Shown piece by piece: positions 40,187-49,123 of a stretch of DNA of 61,332 nt. The notes beneath the pieces were generated by a model. That model saw only the letters and a program-made list of their open reading frames with translations. It was not told where the DNA came from and did not search any database. The position numbers and the translations under genes were made by a program. How positions within the stretch are numbered: the first letter of the stretch is position 1; each line of letters begins with the position of its first letter. The stretch is taken from positions 1 through 61,332 of the forward strand of contig CALRCE010000004.1 of assembly GCA_943354505.1 (NCBI GenBank). Reading direction: 5' to 3'. The DNA is from Candidatus Peribacteria bacterium. GTDB taxonomy: Bacteria > Patescibacteriota > Gracilibacteria > UBA1369 > 2-02-FULL-48-14.

Positions 40187-41320
40187 ATGAAAAATTTCTA
40201 CGACATTTTAGGAGTGCCCAAAACCGCCACCGATGCGGACCTCAAAAAGGCCTATCGAAAAAAGGCGCAAGAGTTGCACCCCGACAAAAATCCAGGCAAT
40301 AAAGAGGCGGAAACTCAGTTCAAAGAACTCCAAGAGGCTTATGAAGTGCTTTCGGATGGCCAAAAGCGCCAACGTTACGATCAGTTTGGTAGTGCGGATG
40401 CCGGGTTCGGCGGGCAAGGCTTTGGAGGTGGATTTGGTGGCCAGGGCTTCAATCCCAACGACTTCAACGGTTTTGCGGATATTTTTGAAAGCTTCTTTGG
40501 AGGCGGATTCGGCGGCCAGGGCTCCCCTAACGGACGCGACGATAAAAAAGCGAAAGGCCCAACGCGCGGCAAAGACATCGAAACTGAGATCGACATCAAG
40601 TTTGAAGAAGCGGTGTTCGGCACGACCAAACACTTGGAAATCACCAAGCCTGAGGTTTGCTCTCACTGCACTGGAAAAGGAAACGAGCCTGGAACGGCCG
40701 TGAAGAAATGTGAACAATGTGGAGGAAAGGGTCAGGTGCGCATGACGCGTCAGACCATTTTGGGGCACATCAGCACCGTTCAAACCTGCCCAGCTTGCGA
40801 AGGACGAGGTGAAGTTCCAGAGAAAGTGTGTACCGAGTGCAAGGGACAGAGCCGTATGAAGCAAAAGGGCGAAGTCAGTGTCACCATTCCCAAAGGGATT
40901 GAGGACGGCACCACCATCCGCTTAAAGGGAAAAGGGGCGGCTGGATTTTTTGGCGGCGAATATGGAGACTTGTTCTTACACATTCGCGTCAGCGCTCATC
41001 CCAAGTTTTCGCGCGAAGGCACGACTTTGTACTCCAGTGAAACGATTCCGATGATTCAAGGAGTCTTGGGAGCTACGATCAAAGTGGATACCGTGCACGG
41101 AAAAGTGAACTTGAAAGTTCCTGCCGGCACTCAAAGTGGAACTCAGTTCACCATTAAGGACAAGGGCGCCCCTTCCCTACGCTCCGAAAAACTGGGCGAT
41201 CATAAAGTCACGGTCACCCTCAAAGTACCCGAAAAACTTTCTCGCCGAGAAAAAGAACTTTATGAAGAGCTGGCGAAGGAAAGCGGCACCGAAGTGAACA
41301 AAGGATTCGGCTTATTTTGA
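40187..41320 (+). CDS. dnaJ: Chaperone DnaJ
   Basis: J-domain HPD, G/F-rich region, four CxxCxG motifs. Confidence 0.98.
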   Translation: MKNFYDILGVPKTATDADLKKAYRKKAQELHPDKNPGNKEAETQFKELQEAYEVLSDGQKRQRYDQFGSADAGFGGQGFGGGFGGQGFNPNDFNGFADIFESFFGGGFGGQGSPNGRDDKKAKGPTRGKDIETEIDIKFEEAVFGTTKHLEITKPEVCSHCTGKGNEPGTAVKKCEQCGGKGQVRMTRQTILGHISTVQTCPACEGRGEVPEKVCTECKGQSRMKQKGEVSVTIPKGIEDGTTIRLKGKGAAGFFGGEYGDLFLHIRVSAHPKFSREGTTLYSSETIPMIQGVLGATIKVDTVHGKVNLKVPAGTQSGTQFTIKDKGAPSLRSEKLGDHKVTVTLKVPEKLSRREKELYEELAKESGTEVNKGFGLF

Positions 41321-41467
41321 ACCGTGCGCGTGGCGACTTTTGTGGAGAACTCGTTTAAAACTTAGCGGGTCTTTTTTGGTTGGATTTGAACCTGAAAAAC
41401 AGATGTTGATTAGTCAAAATGGAAGCTTCCATGTGGACACTGGACGCTGACTAGAATTGTGGAAAAG

Positions 41468-41543
41468 TGGTGGGACAGCTGGGAATCGAACCCAGGACCA
41501 TCAGCTTAAAAGGCTGTTGCTCTACCGACTGAGCTACTGTCCC
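41468..41543 (-). tRNA. tRNA-Lys (TTT)
   Basis: GGGACAGTAGCTCAGTCGGTAGAGCAACAGCCTTTTAAGCTGATGGTCCTGGGTTCGATTCCCAGCTGTCCCACCA. Confidence 0.96.
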
Positions 41544-41592
41544 CCGATTGCCAGCGTATTTTAGGGAGCTAAGGCTCAGGATGCAAGACGAA

Positions 41593-42153
41593 TTATTCCT
41601 CCTGAGCTTGAAAGAAACTCACCGCCACGATGGCGAGAGCCGGAAGAGCGAACCAAACGTCGTAGTGATCGATGATGGTTTGAATGAAGAGCGATTGAGC
41701 GTAGAGGTTGGTCTGGAGGCCCGATTGCACCGTGCCCATCACGAAGGACCCGCCCGTGAGGTAGACCAGCAAGGTGCTGACCATGAGCCCGGCATTCAAG
41801 AAGCCGAAACTCAAGTTGGCGAGGATGCGAGTCACCACGGAGTGTTCAGGTAAGATGTCGACGTGAAAGCCTCCGCGAATGGTGAGTAGCACGATGGTGA
41901 GAACGAAGGTGAAAATTTTGAGCAGGACGAGAGCTTGGATGCCCGCCTCCCCTTGCAAGGTGGGCGCCGTGGGCAAGATGTAGGTTTGGAAAAGATTGCC
42001 AAGACCGTCCGCCGTTAAAATCGCCATGTAAGAAGAGATGATGATCTTCATGGTTTGATTGCGTCCAATGATGAAGCTGTAGGCGATCACAACTCCAAAG
42101 AAGACGAGTACAAAGAGATCCCAGGAAAGGCGTATGTTTTCCATGGGCTTCAT
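41593..42153 (-). CDS. Membrane protein, CvpA-like
   Basis: WDLFVLVFF N-terminus; about 5 TM segments; FGFLNAGL. Confidence 0.6.
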   Translation of the reverse strand: MKPMENIRLSWDLFVLVFFGVVIAYSFIIGRNQTMKIIISSYMAILTADGLGNLFQTYILPTAPTLQGEAGIQALVLLKIFTFVLTIVLLTIRGGFHVDILPEHSVVTRILANLSFGFLNAGLMVSTLLVYLTGGSFVMGTVQSGLQTNLYAQSLFIQTIIDHYDVWFALPALAIVAVSFFQAQEE

Positions 42154-42276
42154 CTTAGCACCGGGTGAAAAAAATCAGCAAATCAAAAATGTGGAGGTGG
42201 CAGCCCTGGGGGTATGAAAAACGTTAAAGTTCTTATTTGGACAATGTACAAATAGCAGCTTTTTCAAAAAACGCGG

Positions 42277-42304
42277 GCCCAAGACGGCTGTGGCCGTCTT
42301 GGGC
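42277..42304 (-). terminator. Strong hairpin / orphan terminator
   Basis: GCCCAAGACGGC-TGTG-GCCGTCTTGGGC perfect 12-bp stem; T6 tract a few nt downstream on the minus strand. Confidence 0.55.
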
Positions 42305-42346
42305 TTGATGAGTCGGAGTTGTGCACAATTTAAGGTTAGAAATTTT

Positions 42347-42468
42347 TGTTGATTAATTAACTAGTCAGATGTTGATTAACTAACATTCGATTAATCAACA
42401 GGTGGTCAACATTTGATGAGTTGACTAGACAGACGGCTAGTCAAGGTCCAAAAGTCTGACTAGTTAAC
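42347..42468. repeat. Array of degenerate palindromic sites (consensus approx. GTTGAYTARTCAAC)
   Basis: TGTTGATTAA x2, TTAATCAACA, TTGACTAG/CTAGTCAA, and perfect IR TTAACTAGTCAGA (42357)/TCTGACTAGTTAA (42455). Confidence 0.8.
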
Positions 42469-42538
42469 ACCCGCTTTACCTTTACTTTAAGCCAAAAATC
42501 GACTATACAATGTTGGTTAACTGCTCATTAGCTTAGAC

Positions 42539-43075
42539 ATGGAGAGCGACACCCTAACATTACAAGAAGCGGCAGAGCTTTTGGGGAAATCCACGCAAAC
42601 GGTGCGCCGTTTGATTAAAAGTGGTGTGCTGCAGGCTCAGCGCATAGACACTCCTCAGGGCTTCCAATACGCTGTTTTGCGTTCTTCCCTGTCGGCTCGG
42701 TATACGCGAGTTGCGCCGACACCGATGCAGAATTCTCCGTCGCCCCAAATGGAAGCTCCCCTGCAAGAAGTGCGAGTGGCTTCCGTTCCACCAGCCCACT
42801 ATGAAGCGCAAGACCTGCCTGAGTCTTTTTTGGAGAATGATTACTATGTGCTGGAGCCCTCCCCTATTTCAGAGAAAGTGGACAAGGATGGGGTGACTAG
42901 TCGACAACTTTTGGAGTTTGTCCAAATGGCACACAAAGAAAAGTTGATGCTCATCACGATTTTGGAGCGACTGCAAGCCGAACTTGAACGTGAGCGTAGA
43001 CAGCCAAAAACAGCGTTCCAATGGATTGGAGAAGGTCTAAAGGCGGTGTTCGGGTCGTGGGGAAGTAAAAATTAA
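42539..43075 (+). CDS. Excisionase/MerR-type HTH protein with C-terminal coiled coil and amphipathic helix
   Basis: LTLQEAAELLGKSTQTVRRLIKSG; disordered linker; LERLQAELERERR; AFQWIGEGLKAVFG. Confidence 0.8.
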   Translation: MESDTLTLQEAAELLGKSTQTVRRLIKSGVLQAQRIDTPQGFQYAVLRSSLSARYTRVAPTPMQNSPSPQMEAPLQEVRVASVPPAHYEAQDLPESFLENDYYVLEPSPISEKVDKDGVTSRQLLEFVQMAHKEKLMLITILERLQAELERERRQPKTAFQWIGEGLKAVFGSWGSKN

Positions 43076-43153
43076 GGGGTCTTAAAAAATAAAATCGTCT
43101 TGCGGGGGCTGTGAGCCGGACTTAGACTTTTCGCGATCCTTTAACCCTTTTCC

Positions 43154-44401
43154 ATGTCGCTCTTCGAAAACACCCTGGCTCAGATTGCTAAAGCGTCTGC
43201 GCTCATGGGTCTTAACCCTGGTGTTCGTGAACTCATCAGTCGTCACGAACGCATTTTAGAAGTGTCTGTTCCCGTAAAGATGGACGATGGCACTTGGAGA
43301 GTGTTCACAGGGTATCGATGTCAGCACAACTCCATTCGTGGCCCTTATAAAGGAGGAATCCGTTTCCACCCCGATGTGGATTTGGGTGAAGTGAAGGCGC
43401 TTTCGGCCTGGATGACGATGAAGTGCGCCGTGGTGGGCATTCCGCTCGGTGGAGGAAAGGGAGGCATCATTGTGGATCCTAAAAAATTATCGGCACGAGA
43501 ATTGGAAACCATGACTCGTGAATACGCTCGTGCCATCACTCCTTTCATTGGGCCTGAGATGGATATTCCTGCTCCTGATGTCTACACGACTGGACAAATC
43601 ATGGGATGGATAGCCGATGAATACTCGAAAATTCAGGGTAGAAATGTGCTCGGCGTGGTCACCGGAAAGCTGCTCGCGGCAGGAGGTTCTCAAGGACGTG
43701 ACACCGCGACGAGTCAGGGAGGCATGCATGTTTTGGAAGAATATTTGCGTGAAAGTGGAAAGACGGCTCCGGGCATGACCGTGGCGATTCAAGGCTTTGG
43801 AAATGCGGGTTCTTTTATGGCGAAGTTTTTGTTTGAAAAAGGCTTCAAGGTCGTGGCGGTTTCGGACTCTAAGAGCGGGCTCTTCTGTGTCGAAGGGTTG
43901 AATGTGCCTGTCGTTATGTCGGGCAAGGCGGCAAAGGGTTCGGTTGCGGACTGTTTAGACGCCGGAAACAATTGCCAAGTCATCACCAACGAACAACTGC
44001 TGACTTTGGATGTCGACATCCTTGTCTTGTCTGCTTTGGAAAATCAGGTTCATAAAGACAACGCCGAGACTGTGAAAGCCAAGGTGGTTTTGGAACTGGC
44101 GAACGGTCCTGTGACACCGGAAGCAGATGACATTTTGGCACGCCGTGGAATCCCCGTGATTCCCGATATTTTGGCCAACGCCGGGGGCGTGACCGTGAGC
44201 TATTTTGAGCTCGTGCAAAATCAAGCCAATTACTATTGGTCCGCCGAAGAAGTGCAAGCGAAACTCAAGCCCATCATGGTCAGTGCGTGGCAGGCGATTT
44301 CAGCCAATGCGAAACAATACAACTGCACGTTCCGTGAAGCGGCCTTCATTTCTGCCTTGCGTCGTATTGAAGACGCTTACAAGGCTCGACGATCCATCTG
44401 A
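43154..44401 (+). CDS. gdhA: Glu/Leu/Phe/Val dehydrogenase
   Basis: GPYKGGIRFHP, MTMKCA, GGGKGG, DIPAPD, QGFGNAG, ANAGGVTVSYFE. Confidence 0.95.
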   Translation: MSLFENTLAQIAKASALMGLNPGVRELISRHERILEVSVPVKMDDGTWRVFTGYRCQHNSIRGPYKGGIRFHPDVDLGEVKALSAWMTMKCAVVGIPLGGGKGGIIVDPKKLSARELETMTREYARAITPFIGPEMDIPAPDVYTTGQIMGWIADEYSKIQGRNVLGVVTGKLLAAGGSQGRDTATSQGGMHVLEEYLRESGKTAPGMTVAIQGFGNAGSFMAKFLFEKGFKVVAVSDSKSGLFCVEGLNVPVVMSGKAAKGSVADCLDAGNNCQVITNEQLLTLDVDILVLSALENQVHKDNAETVKAKVVLELANGPVTPEADDILARRGIPVIPDILANAGGVTVSYFELVQNQANYYWSAEEVQAKLKPIMVSAWQAISANAKQYNCTFREAAFISALRRIEDAYKARRSI

Positions 44402-44406
44402 TTCTC

Positions 44407-44461
44407 TGTCTAGACCTGACAAGTGGACAAGTGCGTCCACACTGTCTAGACTTCTGTCCAC
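44407..44461. repeat. Cluster of GTCYA/TRGAC motifs
   Basis: TGTCTAGAC x2, GTGGACA, GTCCAC and TGTCCAC within 55 bp. Confidence 0.6.
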
Positions 44462-44499
44462 TTAAACCTTATTCTTCACCCCTTTACACCCCACCTCCC

Positions 44500-47094
44500 A
44501 TGAAGCACATTTACGCATTCAACGAAGGCAACAAAGACATGAAAGACCTCCTCGGCGGAAAAGGCGCTGGCCTTGCCGAAATGAGTTCCCTCGGGCTGCC
44601 CGTTCCGTTTGGCTTCACCATCACGACGGAAGTGTGTAATTACTATTTGGAAAAGGCGGATTTCCCCCAAGGTTTCTACGATGAGTTGGATGAAAAAATG
44701 GCGGAGTTGGAGCACAAAATGGGGAAGGGTTTTGGCGACACGAAGAACCCTTTGCTCGTGTCCGTTCGTTCGGGGGCAAGGGTTTCGATGCCCGGAATGA
44801 TGGATACGATTTTGAATTTGGGTCTCAACGACCAAACCGTGGAAGCGCTCATTGAACAAACGGAAAATCCTCGCTTCTCCTACGACGCCTACCGCCGTTT
44901 TGTGACGATGTTTGGGAACGTGGTGCTCGGCATTGCGCACGATCATTTTGAAGCGGCTTTGGAAAGCGCCAAGAAAGAAAAGGGGGTAGAACTGGACACG
45001 GAAATGGAAGCGTCTGACTGGAAGCGTCTCGTGGGCGTTTTCAAGCACATCGTCTTGGAACACAGCGGACGTCCCTTCCCGGAAGAACCTCGTGAACAAT
45101 TGGAACTTGCGATCATTGCGGTGTTCAAGTCCTGGAATGGAAAGCGTGCGATCACTTATCGTAATTTGCACGGAATGCCTCACAACATGGGGTCGGCCGT
45201 GAACGTGCAATCCATGGTGTTTGGAAACATGGGAGACGACTGTGGAACTGGAGTGGCTTTCACGAGAAATCCATCCACTGGAGAAAAAGAGTTCTTTGGA
45301 GAATTCTTGTGCAACGCGCAAGGGGAGGATGTGGTGGCTGGAATCCGTACGCCCGAAAAGCTTTCGGCGCTGCGAGACCAAATGCCCGCGATGTTTGATC
45401 AACTCAATGAAGTTCAACGTCTTTTGGAGAATCACTACCGCGACATGCAAGACATTGAGTTCACGATTGAGAAGGGAAGGCTCTTTATGCTTCAGACCCG
45501 TAATGGAAAGCGTACGGCCAAGGCTGCGGTGAAAATTGCCGTGGACATGGTGGGCGAGGGGCTCATCACGCAAAAAGAAGCCCTTCTGCGCATCGATCCG
45601 AACCAATTGAATGCTTTGCTCCATCCGAGCATTGATCCGGCCTTTAAACGCGACGTTTTGGCGAGGGGACTACCGGCTTCGCCGGGAGCGGCCGTGGGGA
45701 AGGTGGTGTTCAGCGCGGATGAAGCCTATCGACTCGCTGAAGATGGAGAGAAAGTGATCTTGGTGCGTAAAGAAACAAGCCCCGAAGACATTCATGGAAT
45801 GCACGCGGCTCAAGGTATTTTGACCTCCACCGGGGGTATGACCAGCCATGCGGCCGTGGTGGCTCGTGGAATGGGGAAGCCTTGTATTGCGGGTTGTAAG
45901 GAGGCGATTGTGGACGACAAGAATGGAAGCTTGATGATCGGCGTGAACTTGTTCCGCGAAGGAGATGTGATCACTTTGGATGGAGCGACGGGAGAAATTT
46001 TAGCCGGAGCGGCGCCCACCGTGGATGCTTCTTTGGATGTAGATTTCGACACCCTCATGAAGTGGGCCGATGAGGTGAAGCGCCTCACGATTCGCACCAA
46101 TGCTGACACGCCTCACGACACCGAAGTGGCACGCCGTTTGGGAGCGGAAGGAATTGGTTTGTGCAGAACGGAACACATGTTCTTTGATGAAGACCGCATC
46201 ATGTACGTTCGCCAAATGATCCTTTCGAAAGATGCGGAGGCTCGCAAGGATCCTCTGGCTAAACTCTTGCCCGTGCAACGAGAAGACTTCAAAGGCATTT
46301 TCCGTGTGATGAATGGCTTCCCCGTGACCGTGCGTTTGCTGGATCCACCCCTCCATGAGTTCTTGCCCAACACCGACAACAAGATCAAGGCCGTGGCTCA
46401 AGAAATGGGCGTGGACTTTGAAGCGTTGAAGAAGACGGTGGACTCCTTGCACGAATTCAATCCCATGCTGGGGCACCGCGGATGCCGTTTGGGAATCACG
46501 ATGCCGGAGATTTATGAGATGCAGGTGCGCGCGATTTTTGAGGCGGCCAAAGCGGTGGTCGTAGAAGGCGTTAAGCCCATTGTGGAGATCGAAATTCCAC
46601 TTGTGGGTCACGTCAATGAACTCAAAAAACTTCGCGAACTCATCAATGGAGTGGCGGCTCAAATGCAACCTCTAGACTTTGAATGGAAGGTGGGCACGAT
46701 GATTGAATTGCCTCGTGCGTGTGTAGTGGCGGATCAGATTGCGCACCATGCGGACTTCTTCTCCTTCGGAACCAATGATCTGACTCAAATGACCTTTGGG
46801 CTCAGTCGCGACGATGCAGGAGCGTTCTTGCCTTACTACACCGAACATCACATTTTGGAGGAGAACCCCACCGAAACCATCGATCAAGAAGGAGTGGGAC
46901 AACTCATGCGCATGGCCGTTAAACTCGGTCGCAGCACGAAGCCCAACCTTGAAATTGGAATCTGTGGAGAACACGGGGGCGAACCTCGCTCCGTTCAATT
47001 CTGTCACGAAATCGGCCTCGACTACGTGAGTTGCAGTCCTTACCGTGTGCCAGTTGCTCGCCTTGCAGCGGCTCAGGCGGCACTCAAAGATTAA
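44500..47094 (+). CDS. ppdK: Pyruvate, phosphate dikinase
   Basis: LLGGKGA, SVRSGARVSMPGMMDT, GGMTSHAAVVARG, GIGLCRTEHMF, SFGTNDL, CGEHGG; start MKHIYAF. Confidence 0.99.
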   Translation: MKHIYAFNEGNKDMKDLLGGKGAGLAEMSSLGLPVPFGFTITTEVCNYYLEKADFPQGFYDELDEKMAELEHKMGKGFGDTKNPLLVSVRSGARVSMPGMMDTILNLGLNDQTVEALIEQTENPRFSYDAYRRFVTMFGNVVLGIAHDHFEAALESAKKEKGVELDTEMEASDWKRLVGVFKHIVLEHSGRPFPEEPREQLELAIIAVFKSWNGKRAITYRNLHGMPHNMGSAVNVQSMVFGNMGDDCGTGVAFTRNPSTGEKEFFGEFLCNAQGEDVVAGIRTPEKLSALRDQMPAMFDQLNEVQRLLENHYRDMQDIEFTIEKGRLFMLQTRNGKRTAKAAVKIAVDMVGEGLITQKEALLRIDPNQLNALLHPSIDPAFKRDVLARGLPASPGAAVGKVVFSADEAYRLAEDGEKVILVRKETSPEDIHGMHAAQGILTSTGGMTSHAAVVARGMGKPCIAGCKEAIVDDKNGSLMIGVNLFREGDVITLDGATGEILAGAAPTVDASLDVDFDTLMKWADEVKRLTIRTNADTPHDTEVARRLGAEGIGLCRTEHMFFDEDRIMYVRQMILSKDAEARKDPLAKLLPVQREDFKGIFRVMNGFPVTVRLLDPPLHEFLPNTDNKIKAVAQEMGVDFEALKKTVDSLHEFNPMLGHRGCRLGITMPEIYEMQVRAIFEAAKAVVVEGVKPIVEIEIPLVGHVNELKKLRELINGVAAQMQPLDFEWKVGTMIELPRACVVADQIAHHADFFSFGTNDLTQMTFGLSRDDAGAFLPYYTEHHILEENPTETIDQEGVGQLMRMAVKLGRSTKPNLEIGICGEHGGEPRSVQFCHEIGLDYVSCSPYRVPVARLAAAQAALKD

Positions 47095-47096
47095 GC

Positions 47097-48107
47097 TTAT
47101 TTAGACCGTTTTGTGCGTTTTCGATTTTTAAGAGCATTCTTGAGGATCCAACGGTTGTAGCGCAAGATTCCTAGCCTGAGGCTGAAGAAAAGCGCTGAGC
47201 AGGCCACAAGGAGCACGGAGAGGAGCTGCCAAGGGAAGACCCAGAAATGCACGGTTTGGGCGTTCTCTTCGCCGTTGGGATCTGTTTTCAGGGTGAGAGT
47301 TGCGGTGTAGCGGCCAAAGGCAAAGTTGTGCCATTCGTTTTGAATAGCTCCTAGGAAGCCTTGTGTGGTGAATGCTGTATTGCCCCAGGTTTCTTCGAAT
47401 TTGCGTGCGCTGGCGGGGAGTACGTTATTGAGGCCAGTATTGATGGGGAGTATATCGCTGGGCAGCCCTAAAAGGTTTCGGATTTCAATGCTTCCTTCGG
47501 GCACCACTCGATCTGCGCCTGTGTTCTGAAAACGATAGCTGAACGTGAGGGGCAGACTGTTGAAGACGTTTCGTGCGTCACCCGCTTGAAAAGAGAGCAG
47601 GTCTCCGCCGGTTTCAAAATCGCCTTCCACGCTCAAGAACATAAGGATGCCTACCTTGGCGCCGATGTTGAGAGAATCGTCTTCATTGGGCGGTGTTGTG
47701 GACCAAAAGAGGGCCGCAAAGTGTCCGCCTGGCGTGGCATCCATAGGAATTTGTACTCTGAGGTAGCGGGTGATTTCTTCGCCTGGGCCTAGCGTGATCA
47801 CCGTGGGGTCTTCGCCCGATTCAGGTGGTACTAAGGTCGCCCACGAAGCCAAGTCCGTGCCTCCTGTTGTGAAGTTGGGGGTGCCGGTCTCCCCTTGAGC
47901 TTCGAAGTTTTCGAAAGAGCCATAAAAGGTCACACTTTGATCTTGGTCGTTGATCAGGCGAAAATCGGTGCTGAGCACGTTGCCGGGTGCTCCTTCCAGC
48001 TCCATTTTCACGGGAGAAACGGTGAGCGCTTTTGCTTCTGGGCTTACTCCAAAGCTCACTATGAAGAGGGCTAAGGTGAGGAGGAGGGGAATTTTTTTGG
48101 AGTTCAT
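47097..48107 (-). CDS. DUF916/WxL-interacting-like membrane protein
   Basis: Signal peptide, VSP, LASW, IP.DATPGGH, second Ig-like domain FQNTG...G.Y.A.L, C-terminal TM and basic tail. Confidence 0.7.
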   Translation of the reverse strand: MNSKKIPLLLTLALFIVSFGVSPEAKALTVSPVKMELEGAPGNVLSTDFRLINDQDQSVTFYGSFENFEAQGETGTPNFTTGGTDLASWATLVPPESGEDPTVITLGPGEEITRYLRVQIPMDATPGGHFAALFWSTTPPNEDDSLNIGAKVGILMFLSVEGDFETGGDLLSFQAGDARNVFNSLPLTFSYRFQNTGADRVVPEGSIEIRNLLGLPSDILPINTGLNNVLPASARKFEETWGNTAFTTQGFLGAIQNEWHNFAFGRYTATLTLKTDPNGEENAQTVHFWVFPWQLLSVLLVACSALFFSLRLGILRYNRWILKNALKNRKRTKRSK

Positions 48108-48124
48108 GAGCGAGCGAGGGGGTT

Positions 48125-49090
48125 TTAGAATTGACCGGTTGCCACAAAGTTGAGTGTGGTGCTGTAAGCGCCGGCTTCCGTGGTGGTTGAAATGTTTGAA
48201 AGGTAGCGCACTGAGAAGACTGTGGAACTTCCTGACCCTGATCCAGTGGCAACGGTGCTTGGAGTGCTGGAGGTGGCCGCGTATGCAAAGCCTGAAGCGG
48301 CGTAGGGGCTGCTCACGGTTCCTGTTCCACTGGTCACCGAGGCTCTGAGACCGAATTGCTCTGTTCCTGTGCTGGAAGCGGTGTTCGTGGCCCCTATGGC
48401 ATCGATAGTGGCGGTTCCTTGTTTTAAGGTCGCGCCTTGCACGGTGATGATGTAACCGCTCGTAGCATTGGTGGAGGCGGTGAGGGTGTGGGCTTCCGTT
48501 TCTGAACTGGAGCCTGTTCCCGCTGAATTGGCGTAGCGTGCAGCGCTGGTGCTGAGTGTGCCAAAGCCAATGCTGTTGCCAGAGATGCTGAAAGAAAGTG
48601 TTTGCGCAGAGCCCACTGTTGCGCAGACTTTGGTGGTGTAGGCCGAGCTGTTTCCTGCGTGGGCATTGGTGACCCCTGATATGGAAGCCACGGTGGTGTC
48701 GTAGCCTGTGCAGTTGGTGGATTGGTAGGCCACCGTCACCGTTCCTGTGCTCACCGAAAGGCAGGCGGATTGGCCGTAATTGGCTTGGCTGTTTTGTTCC
48801 ACGTGAGCGTTGGTGGTGGCGGAGAGTTGAAGGACTTCATCGTAGGTGCCGGAGCAACTGTTCCCAAGCCCTGTGATTCCCGTGCAACACACCAGATTAG
48901 TGTAGGTCGAGCCGCTGGAGAGTTCTGCGTGCCCTCCGGATGTGCGGTAGAGTTTCATGACGGTGACGTCGGGAGCGGTGCAGGTCGCAGCCACTGAACA
49001 GCTGAGAACTCCAGCGTTGGCGAGAGGAGCAGTGAACAGCGTCCAAGTGAGGATGAGTGTGAAGAGTTTTCTAGTTTTCGAAAGGTTCAT
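48125..49090 (-). CDS. Secreted Ser/Thr-rich protein: three Cys/His repeats plus a WxL/pilin-like C-domain
   Basis: Signal peptide ending ANA; GGH/TNAH/TNAH repeats; TLSFSI...FGTL...TNATSGY...AGAYSTTLNFVAT. Confidence 0.65.
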   Translation of the reverse strand: MNLSKTRKLFTLILTWTLFTAPLANAGVLSCSVAATCTAPDVTVMKLYRTSGGHAELSSGSTYTNLVCCTGITGLGNSCSGTYDEVLQLSATTNAHVEQNSQANYGQSACLSVSTGTVTVAYQSTNCTGYDTTVASISGVTNAHAGNSSAYTTKVCATVGSAQTLSFSISGNSIGFGTLSTSAARYANSAGTGSSSETEAHTLTASTNATSGYIITVQGATLKQGTATIDAIGATNTASSTGTEQFGLRASVTSGTGTVSSPYAASGFAYAATSSTPSTVATGSGSGSSTVFSVRYLSNISTTTEAGAYSTTLNFVATGQF

Positions 49091-49123
49091 TGAAACAGAC
49101 GTGGAGACAACCCCATTGTACTC

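Noticed and set aside
39840-41543. tRNA genes as prophage or island attachment sites
   Set aside because: No integrase and no duplicated tRNA 3' end seen in the window.
39551-42330. Possible oriC from DnaA-box-like 9-mers (TTATCCACC 39552, TGTGGAGAA 41341, TGTGGAAAA 41458)
   Set aside because: All are mismatched and dispersed, and there is no dnaA/dnaN nearby; a genome-wide skew analysis would be needed.
42347-42468. Possible CRISPR array
   Set aside because: Units are short, degenerate and irregularly spaced, with no unique spacers and no cas genes.
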